NCBI GenBank assembly: GCA_965214705.1
Contig: OZ243972.1
Span: 1,920,001-1,984,000, forward strand
DNA length: 64,000 nucleotides
Source of the DNA: Alphaproteobacteria bacterium
GTDB taxonomy: Bacteria > Pseudomonadota > Alphaproteobacteria > UBA828
Direction: 5' to 3'
In this document: piece by piece, positions 31,817-39,409 of the stretch
Position numbering within the stretch: the stretch's first letter is position 1
Layout of the letters: each line of letters opens with the position of its first letter
Made by a program: the position numbers and the translations under genes
Notes under the pieces: generated by a model
Told to the model about the DNA's origin: nothing
The model's input: only the letters and a program-made list of their open reading frames with translations
Databases searched by the model: none

Positions 31817-32107
31817 ATGCCCCAATCGCCGTCAGAGAACATGAACATCATCCCCGATCCGCTCGCCGTCGAGATATTCATGCGGGCTGCGGCCAAGGCG
31901 ATTTACAAAATTGACAAATTACCGCTAGAACAACGGACTACAAAGGGGATTCTTGTCTGCATCGATGAAGAAATTCAACGAGAGAAGGTCCTCGTTTCTC
32001 TTCAGGGGCTGGATCCAGGTCGTGAAACTCTTGAGATTCGCTTATTTTTCGGAAATGTTCTTCGAGATCTTCAAGAGTCCGAAGAGCGAGAATCTCTTCA
32101 AGGGTAG
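31817..32107 (+). CDS. Hypothetical passenger protein (lower GC)
   Basis: GAGG/GGAG RBS; AT-richer ORF inside the IS. Confidence 0.45.
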   Translation: MPQSPSENMNIIPDPLAVEIFMRAAAKAIYKIDKLPLEQRTTKGILVCIDEEIQREKVLVSLQGLDPGRETLEIRLFFGNVLRDLQESEERESLQG

Positions 32108-32127
32108 GGTTATAGGACTTCATACCC

Positions 32128-33120
32128 CTACTTAGTCGCCCTCGCCCCACTGTCCAGCCCGTTATCGGCAATCAGCGCCTCGTAGGTCAGTCGCTTACCG
32201 ATCATGCGCGCGACGGTCTCGGCCATCATGACCTCGGTGTCCCGCGGCCGCATGTTGTGCCGGGTCGCGAACTCGTTGACGTATCGGTGCAGGTGCTTGG
32301 GGCTGATCTTGTGGAAGGTGCCGTGGTACCCGCGCTTCAGGACCGCCCAGAAGCTCTCGATGCCGTTGGTGTGGGCCTGGTCCCGAACGTACTCGCTGGT
32401 GCTGTGGCACACCGCCTCGTGCTCGTAGCCCGGGATCCCCTTGTAGGAGCGTGACTCGTCGGTGTAGAGGGTGGCCCCCGCCGCGGCCCGCTCCCGCACG
32501 AAGCCCTGCAGCTCGTCCTTGCCGGTACCCTCGACGACCTTGACCGAGACCCGGTTCGACCCCCGGTCCTTGATCCCCGCGACGGCGGTCTTGCCTACGG
32601 ACCCCCGCCCCGTGTCGGCAAGCTCCCGGCGCTTGGCGTTACTCATGTTCTTGCGCTTGCCCCCGAAGTAAGCCTCGTCGGCCTCGACCGGACCGGACAT
32701 GGACTCCGGGGTGTCGGACCACGCCTCCCGCAGCCGCTGGACCATGAAGTAGGCCGACTTCTGCGTGATGTTCAGATCCCGGTGCAACCGCATGGACGAC
32801 ACGCCCTTGAGCGACACCGACCAGAGGTAGATCCCGATGGCCCACTTCTGGTAGCCGATCTTGGAGCGGTGCATCACGGTCCCCGTCTTGACGCTGAAGT
32901 TGCGCCGGCATTCACCGCACCAATAGGGCAGCGGACGACGGGAGGGAACCGGCTTCACGCGGTCCGTGCCGCCGCAAAGGGGGCAATAGGAGGGGACCCC
33001 GGCCTGACCCCACCGCTGCTCCTCGAACCAGGACTCGGCGGCCTTGTCGTCGGGGAACCGCCGAAACAGGTCGATGAGGCTGATGCCTTCGCGGTGGGAC
33101 TTACCGGGCGCTTTCGCCAT
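32128..33120 (-). CDS. IS1595-family transposase
   Basis: CPLC..CGEC, VEADEAYFGG, LYTDE, HTNGIESFW, YVNEFATRHN. Confidence 0.93.
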   Translation of the reverse strand: MAKAPGKSHREGISLIDLFRRFPDDKAAESWFEEQRWGQAGVPSYCPLCGGTDRVKPVPSRRPLPYWCGECRRNFSVKTGTVMHRSKIGYQKWAIGIYLWSVSLKGVSSMRLHRDLNITQKSAYFMVQRLREAWSDTPESMSGPVEADEAYFGGKRKNMSNAKRRELADTGRGSVGKTAVAGIKDRGSNRVSVKVVEGTGKDELQGFVRERAAAGATLYTDESRSYKGIPGYEHEAVCHSTSEYVRDQAHTNGIESFWAVLKRGYHGTFHKISPKHLHRYVNEFATRHNMRPRDTEVMMAETVARMIGKRLTYEALIADNGLDSGARATK

Positions 33121-33228
33121 GTGCTGTGTCCTTCAAGCCATTGATCTTGAAGGGGACTCTAGCACAAGGCGGGTGCATAGTCAAGTATATAATTCCCCAT
33201 TGAAGCCTACTCCACATTATCTTGCCTC

Positions 33229-36186
33229 TCATATTCCCAGATCATGCTCGAACCGTTTCGGCGCCGGCGTCTTCTCCAGCCCCCGCCCCGACGCACGCCC
33301 TGGCGATTGCGCGCGATCCTGCCCCGCGTCCTTCGCGGCATCGCGGCCTGCGCCGTCCGTAAGCCCCACTGCTTCAAGCGCGGCGATGCGCTCGCCGGTC
33401 ACGGCTTCGAGCTGCTCCCTGAGCGCGTTCCTGTCGTCGGTGACGAGCTCGGCGCGGTCGCGCGCGCGGCTGATCTCGACGTAGAAGGATTTCTGCGTCG
33501 TCAGTTTCGCGTGATTGGCCTCCATCGCCGCGATGACGTTGTCGACTGTGCGGCCCTGGAACGCATGCACGGTCGCGGCCCATGCGCGGTCGACGTGGCG
33601 GAGCTGCGGGTCGTCGGGGCGGAGATCGAGCATGCGCCCGTCCTCGAGGCGAAACGTCACTCGTCCATCCCTGACGGAGGTCACCTCGGCGATGCCGCTG
33701 TTGAGCAGCCCGAGGCCCATGTCGTTGCGGGTCCATCGGATGCGGTCACCGGCGCGGAGCTCGATCTCCTCGGCGCGGTAGACCTCGACCCCGCTGGTGC
33801 GGGCCGCGAGACGGTTGGGGTCCCACGAGACCGTCCCGCCGCCCTTCCCCTGGAGCGTCACCGTGTGGGCCTTGCGGTCGACGCCAAGGACGCGGAGCTC
33901 GTCGCCCTTGTCGACGCCGAGCCGCTTGTAGGGGCGGTGGAACACCACCACGTCGCCGCGCGCGTAGTTGGCCGCCAGCGTCTTCTCGGCGTTCGTATAG
34001 CCGCGCGAGACCAGCCGTTCTGCGTTCATGGCCGGCCCGTGCACGGCGCCGTCGCGCACCAGGCGCTCGCGCACGATCTCGTTGATGCGCTCGCGGAGCC
34101 CGTGGCTCGGCGCCATCAGCCCGGTCCTCGCGCGCTCGTCCGGAGACAGCGCGAGCCACCGCGCGGCGGCGGCGCCCGCGAGGTTGTCGGGCTTCACTTC
34201 GGCGACGTTCGGGCCGAGCTTCTCGAACGCTCGTCCGATTTCGCCGGCGAGGCTCGCCTCGACGGCTTCCTTCAGCGCCGGGTCGCGCTGACGCATGATC
34301 TCGTCCATGACGGCGGTCTTCATGCCGGCGGCCTGGAGCTGGGCGAAGGGCTTTCCGGCATCGACGGCGTCGAGCTGCTTCGCATCGCCCACCAGCACCA
34401 CGCGGGGGATGCGGAGCGCGTCGGCGATCCTGAGCAGGTCGCGGGTCTGGACGGTCGACGCGAGCGAGCCCTCGTCGACCACCAACGCGGTGTTCCTGAA
34501 CGCCGCGCGCATTTCGCGCGCGCCCTTCCTTGTCATGCGCCCTTCGGCGACGCCGGCGTAGCGCGCGAGGAAGCGCTGCAGCGTCTCCGATGCGATGCCG
34601 GCTTCCGATTCGAGCGTGCGGGCGGCCGAGGCCGAAGGCGCGAGGCCCCGGACCTCGTAGCCCTTCTTCTCCATGAGCGCGCGGGCGCGCCTGAGCATGG
34701 TGGTCTTGCCGGTGCCGGCATAGCCCTGGACGCCCACGGTGCGGTCGTTCGCGGACAGGATGAGCTTCACCGCCTCCTTCTGCCCATGGGTGAGAGGGCC
34801 GTTGCGGAGCGCCTTGTCGACGGCGCGGGCGCGCATCGGGACGGCGCCGCGCCCCTGTCCGGCCTCCATGAGGGAAGCGGTCTCGCGCTCGTCGGCGAGG
34901 GCGCGATCGGTGGTGAGCAGGCCGTCCATCCCCGGCAGGCGGGCGGCGTGCAGGGCTCCGGTCTTTTCCAGCGCCGCGACCTCGCGCTCGATCTCTCCCG
35001 CGGGCGCGGCGCCGGGGCTGAAGGCGAGCGCGGCGGCGAGCAGGTCGGTACGAGAGAACACCGCGTCGCGCTCGGCGATGTGGGCGACGGCCCATTGCAC
35101 GGCCTCGGCCGCCACGCCCTTCGCTCCCGCCGCATCGGACGCGGCGTCCGCTTTCTCCGTGGCGATCCCGGCCTTCGCGTCATCGACAGGGGCCGGTCCC
35201 GCCGCGCGGACGGAGCCGTCGGCCCGGCCGGCCTCATGCGTGGCCTCCCTGCCCGCCGTCCTGGCCGCCGCTTCTGCGGCGAGCCCGCGGGCATCGAAGC
35301 CCAGCGTCGCCGCCTGGTCGAGCCAGCTCTCGCGGAGCGCGGCGCGGTCGACGTCGCGCTTGGCGGCGCGGGTGAACAGCGCCGCGCGCTGGGCCAGGCG
35401 CTGGTTCTCCGCCGTGCCGCCGGCCCCCTGCCGGGCGAGTTCGGCCTCGATCTCGGCGCGCCGCGTCGAGTAGGCCTCGATGACGGCGCGCGGGACGCCG
35501 GCGATCTCGAACCGCCCGTCGGCATGCGTCTTCTCGATGCCGTATCCGAGCTTCGCGAGCTCGCCCGCGAGCTCGTTGCGGTACATGGCGCCGAGCAGCA
35601 TCTTCGAGGCGTAGAGCCTCTCGTTCGCCATCGAGCGCCATTTTCCGTCTTCGCCCCTCACCATGTTAGCGATGACGGCGTGGGTATGGAGCGCGGGATC
35701 GAGATTCCTGGATGCGTCGTGCCGGAAGGTGGCGATCACCGCCTTCTGGTTTCCGGTGCGCGCCATGCAGCCCGTTACGGGGTCTTTCATCCGGGTCTCG
35801 GCGGCGTTCCGCTCGAACCAGTCGAGCGCGCGGCCGACGGCGCGGTCGTGGGCGTCGATCGCGCGCGCGTCGCCGCCGACCAGCGCTGCGAGGGAGACGG
35901 ATTTGGGGGCGCTGAATGTGAGGTCGCGACCGGGACGGTGATGGATTCCGCCGTCCCCGCCGCACCTGCCGAGCTGCCTTCCGGAGCCGTCCGGCACGCG
36001 GCCTTCGAGGACCGCCCGGAAGGTGTCGGGGTCGACCGGGCCTTCGAGACCGAGTTCCGCCGCGCCGTGCCCGGCCCAGGCGCTGGCTTCCCGGTGATCG
36101 GGCGAGTCCCGGGCGTAATACCCGTCCCTTTCGTAATAGCTCGCCCCCTGCGCCGGCGCTGCCACCGCCCCGATCGAGGCCACCAT
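33229..36186 (-). CDS. traI: MOBF relaxase-helicase (TrwC/TraI-like)
   Basis: YYERDGYY tyrosines, DLTFSAPKSVS, HDASRNLDPALHTH; helicase GYAGTGKT, DEGS, GDAKQL, YVEISRAR. Confidence 0.95.
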   Translation of the reverse strand: MVASIGAVAAPAQGASYYERDGYYARDSPDHREASAWAGHGAAELGLEGPVDPDTFRAVLEGRVPDGSGRQLGRCGGDGGIHHRPGRDLTFSAPKSVSLAALVGGDARAIDAHDRAVGRALDWFERNAAETRMKDPVTGCMARTGNQKAVIATFRHDASRNLDPALHTHAVIANMVRGEDGKWRSMANERLYASKMLLGAMYRNELAGELAKLGYGIEKTHADGRFEIAGVPRAVIEAYSTRRAEIEAELARQGAGGTAENQRLAQRAALFTRAAKRDVDRAALRESWLDQAATLGFDARGLAAEAAARTAGREATHEAGRADGSVRAAGPAPVDDAKAGIATEKADAASDAAGAKGVAAEAVQWAVAHIAERDAVFSRTDLLAAALAFSPGAAPAGEIEREVAALEKTGALHAARLPGMDGLLTTDRALADERETASLMEAGQGRGAVPMRARAVDKALRNGPLTHGQKEAVKLILSANDRTVGVQGYAGTGKTTMLRRARALMEKKGYEVRGLAPSASAARTLESEAGIASETLQRFLARYAGVAEGRMTRKGAREMRAAFRNTALVVDEGSLASTVQTRDLLRIADALRIPRVVLVGDAKQLDAVDAGKPFAQLQAAGMKTAVMDEIMRQRDPALKEAVEASLAGEIGRAFEKLGPNVAEVKPDNLAGAAAARWLALSPDERARTGLMAPSHGLRERINEIVRERLVRDGAVHGPAMNAERLVSRGYTNAEKTLAANYARGDVVVFHRPYKRLGVDKGDELRVLGVDRKAHTVTLQGKGGGTVSWDPNRLAARTSGVEVYRAEEIELRAGDRIRWTRNDMGLGLLNSGIAEVTSVRDGRVTFRLEDGRMLDLRPDDPQLRHVDRAWAATVHAFQGRTVDNVIAAMEANHAKLTTQKSFYVEISRARDRAELVTDDRNALREQLEAVTGERIAALEAVGLTDGAGRDAAKDAGQDRAQSPGRASGRGLEKTPAPKRFEHDLGI

Positions 36187-36187
36187 G

Positions 36188-38209
36188 TCAGGGTTGCCTC
36201 AGGCGGTCACCGCCCGGCGCCTTCTCCCCGGTCTCGTCGCCCGCCGCGTCCGCGCCGGCGTTATCGCCGGGCGGCGAGGTCGCCGCACCGGACTCACCCG
36301 TCCCGGATTCCGCACCGTCCCGCGGCTCCGCCGCCGCCTGGTGCGGGGACCCGAGCGCCAGCTCGCCCTGTCCCGCGTCGCCATCCTGCCCCGCGCCTTC
36401 GCGCGATCCGGCCGACTGCCCGGCCTTCTCCGCCTCGGGCGCGTGCGCATCGCGCCGCGCCGCGAAGCGCTCCGCCCGCTTCGGCCGATCGACGTAGTCG
36501 AGCGCGATCGTCGCGGCCGGCAGCGGTCCGGGGAAGCGGAGATAGCCGTGCAGGCTTTCGAGCCGCATGATCTCGGACGCCAGCGCCAGCGGGCGCAGCT
36601 CGCGCCGCGGCGTGAGCGAGACCCCGTCGCGGATGGTGTTGGCGCCGTAGGAGAGCCCCTCGACCGCCTCCTCGACCTCGGCCCGCCCGAGCGAGGCCGC
36701 CGACCAGCGCGCGGTGTCCTCGTCGGGAGCGGAGAGCACCGCGCGGGTGCCGCAGAGCCCGGAGATGGTCTCCGCGCCGTTCCGGCCGTAGAGGTCGCGG
36801 AGCGCGGAGATAACCTGGATGCCGAGCACGAAGCAGCCGCCGAACTGGCGGGACTCGGCGAGCCCCGGCTGGAGCGAGGGCACCTGGTGCAGGGTGGGGA
36901 GCTCGTCGAGCACGATCCAGACCCGCCGCCCGTCGTCCTGGTCGAGGGAGAGGAGCGCGTTGACCGCGATCTCGATCCAGGTGGAGATGAGGCCGCGCAG
37001 GCTCGCGTGCTGGTCGGCGCGCGAGGTGAGGAACAGGAAGCCGCCTCGGTGGCCGCCCCGGTGGCCGCCGCGGTTCTCGTCGGCGATCCAGTCGCGGATC
37101 GAGAACGGGGTTCCCTCGTCGGACAGCACTTCGAGCGCGCCGAGATGGGCGGTCAGCATGGCGCGGACCGAGAGCGCGGTCTTGGGGTTCTCGGGATCGA
37201 CGATGGACTGCGCGACGGTGCCCTCCATGGCCTCCGCCAACGCGGCAAGCTCGGTCTTGAGCAGGTGGTCGACCAGTACGCTGTTTTCCGTGACGCCCTT
37301 CTCCCGCAGCACGCCCGCCCCGTTGGCGAAGAGCTGGCGGGCGGCGGTGACCCAGAAGGGATCGACGGTGTCCTTCTGCTGCGGGATCAGCGCCGCCGCC
37401 ATGGTGTCGAAGTCACGCGGGCTTCTTGCTTCGTGGAAGGGCGACCAGCGGGGCGCCCTGGCATCGAGCGGATTGAGCAGCACGTCCCGGTCGGGATCGT
37501 AGAAGCTCCGCGTGTAGCTCCCCATCTTGTCGTAGACGACGCAGCGCTCGCCGCGGTCCCTGATCTGGGCCACCAGATCCGAGATCAGCACGGTCTTGCC
37601 CGATCCGGTGGTGCCGGAGACGATGGTATGGCGGGTCTCGGCCCGGTCCGGGAAGGGCACGCCCGCGATCGTGTACGGTGCGGGGCGTGCGAACAGCGCG
37701 TCGCGCAGCCGCCGGTGCGCGGGCCGCACCCGCCGGCGGAGCTGCCGCGCGGTGGCGAGTTCGGCGCCCCGGATGCGCGTCGCCCGGTTGAGCCGGCGGC
37801 CCCGGAACCAGAACAGCGCCAGGATCAGCGGCATCGCCGCCGCCGACGCCAGGGCGCCGTCGCGCGCGCCCGCGAACACCCGGTCCCTCAGCCTCTCGCG
37901 GGTCCGGAGCGCGTCGGTCGAGGCGGCGAGGTCGAGGATGGACATCGTCTCGTACCGCCCGTCCCGCATCTTGACCTCCTGGCCGGAGGTCTCGCTGTAG
38001 CCGAGGGCGAGCTTGGCCTCGGCGAGGGTCGCCATGCCGGACGCGTACCAGTCGTACCATTCGGTTTCGCGGTAGGTGTTCCAGGCCGGGAAGGCCACCA
38101 CGCAGAGCGCGGTCACGAACAGCGCGGGGCGCACCATCTGGCCCCACATGCGGAGCCCGTGGAAGAAGGTCTGCCCGCCGCGCAGGGTATTGCTGCCCAC
38201 CTTGCTCAT
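36188..38209 (-). CDS. traD: Type IV coupling protein
   Basis: Start MSKVGSNTLRGGQ; two TM segments; GTTGSGKT, WSPF, LDELPTL. Confidence 0.93.
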   Translation of the reverse strand: MSKVGSNTLRGGQTFFHGLRMWGQMVRPALFVTALCVVAFPAWNTYRETEWYDWYASGMATLAEAKLALGYSETSGQEVKMRDGRYETMSILDLAASTDALRTRERLRDRVFAGARDGALASAAAMPLILALFWFRGRRLNRATRIRGAELATARQLRRRVRPAHRRLRDALFARPAPYTIAGVPFPDRAETRHTIVSGTTGSGKTVLISDLVAQIRDRGERCVVYDKMGSYTRSFYDPDRDVLLNPLDARAPRWSPFHEARSPRDFDTMAAALIPQQKDTVDPFWVTAARQLFANGAGVLREKGVTENSVLVDHLLKTELAALAEAMEGTVAQSIVDPENPKTALSVRAMLTAHLGALEVLSDEGTPFSIRDWIADENRGGHRGGHRGGFLFLTSRADQHASLRGLISTWIEIAVNALLSLDQDDGRRVWIVLDELPTLHQVPSLQPGLAESRQFGGCFVLGIQVISALRDLYGRNGAETISGLCGTRAVLSAPDEDTARWSAASLGRAEVEEAVEGLSYGANTIRDGVSLTPRRELRPLALASEIMRLESLHGYLRFPGPLPAATIALDYVDRPKRAERFAARRDAHAPEAEKAGQSAGSREGAGQDGDAGQGELALGSPHQAAAEPRDGAESGTGESGAATSPPGDNAGADAAGDETGEKAPGGDRLRQP

Positions 38210-38736
38210 CGGCCGGCCTCCGCGCCGGAGGGCGGGGCCGGGGGCGCCGGCTCCCCGGCCCGAGGGTCTTCGGCTCGAGAGTCTCCGGCCCGAGGGTCTC
38301 CGGCCCGAGGGTCTCCGCCTTCGTCGTCTCCCTTGCCGTTCGAACCGCGGCCTTCCGCCGCCGGAGCCTCCGCCGCATCCGTGCCGCCCGCGGGCCTGGG
38401 TGAGAGCACGTTGACGATCCCCTGCGGGCCGGCGACGACGATCTCGGCGATTTGCCGGTCCCGGCCCTCGCGGTCCCTGAACTCGCGGTGCGCGAGACGG
38501 CCCTCGACGAGCACCGCGGCGCCCTTCCTCACCATCGCCTCGACCGGGTCGACGGCGGGGCCGTAGACGGCAATGCGGTGCCACTCGGTGCGCTCGGCGC
38601 TGCCGCCGTCGGCGCGCTTCCACCTCCCGGTCGTGGCCAGGCTGAACGCGGCGGCGCGGCCGCCGTCCGGCAGGGCGCGGATGTCGGGATCGCGCCCGGC
38701 ATGGCCCGGCAGCGTCACTCGGTTGATGTGCAGCAT
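38206..38736 (-). CDS. ssb: Second SSB, lacking the acidic DxPF tip
   Basis: INRVTLPGHAGRDP..TEWHRI..VLVEGRL; tail with GDPRA repeats. Confidence 0.85.
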   Translation of the reverse strand: MLHINRVTLPGHAGRDPDIRALPDGGRAAAFSLATTGRWKRADGGSAERTEWHRIAVYGPAVDPVEAMVRKGAAVLVEGRLAHREFRDREGRDRQIAEIVVAGPQGIVNVLSPRPAGGTDAAEAPAAEGRGSNGKGDDEGGDPRAGDPRAGDSRAEDPRAGEPAPPAPPSGAEAGR

Positions 38737-38984
38737 CGTTCTGTCCTCCTCCTGGTTGAGACGAACCGCGCCGGCCCTGCCGGCGTGGGCGTAATGGGTG
38801 CGCGAAGGTCGCGGGCAACGCTGCCGCGGCGGACCGTCGCGATCGTTCGGGGTTTGCCGGCGGGCGCCGGCAGGAGGCCGAGCCGGGCCGGGAGGGGGCG
38901 AAGGGGCCTAGGCGGGAGAGGGAGCGGCGCTCCCGGCTCCAGGCCTTCCGTCCCGCCCCGCACCCCGCAACGGAGATCTCCGTC

Positions 38985-39398
38985 ATGGCACGCAACTCCC
39001 GACGCGCGTCCCGCCGTCCCGAACCGGATGAGCCGCCGCGCCGCGCCGCCTGGCGCGAGCGCGCCGTCGTGCTGGGCGGCCTCACGCTTGCCGTGCCTGC
39101 CACCCCTGTCTCGTTCGCCCTCGGCGCGGACGGCGGGATCGTCGGGTTCATGTGGCTGGTTGCCGTTGCCTGGACGGCACTCGCCAGCCTCGCCTGCGCG
39201 CTCCGGAGCGGCTTCCTTCACGGGGACTGGTCCGCTTTCAGCGGCGGCGGGCGCCGGCACGGGTGCGTGCCCGACATCCGTGGAGAGAGCTTCGACTGGA
39301 ACACCCGGACCGGCGCGTTCGCGTACATGCGGATAGCCGACGGCCGCGAGCGCCTGCTCGGCGACGACGGGCTCCGCAACCCCGACCAGGATCCCTGA
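38985..39398 (+). CDS. Small two-TM membrane protein, candidate entry-exclusion factor
   Basis: Two hydrophobic segments; convergent with the 3' end of traG. Confidence 0.5.
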   Translation: MARNSRRASRRPEPDEPPRRAAWRERAVVLGGLTLAVPATPVSFALGADGGIVGFMWLVAVAWTALASLACALRSGFLHGDWSAFSGGGRRHGCVPDIRGESFDWNTRTGAFAYMRIADGRERLLGDDGLRNPDQDP

Positions 39399-39409
39399 GC
39401 ACCGATTTG

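Larger units (their letters stand above)
29597..33197 (-). mobile_element. IS1595-family transporter element with passenger genes, inserted in the last CRISPR repeat
   Basis: IR GGGAATTATATA(GC/CT)TGACTATGC at both ends (left IR itself interrupted); 8-bp TSD CATTGAAG (29589-29596, 33198-33205). Confidence 0.9.
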
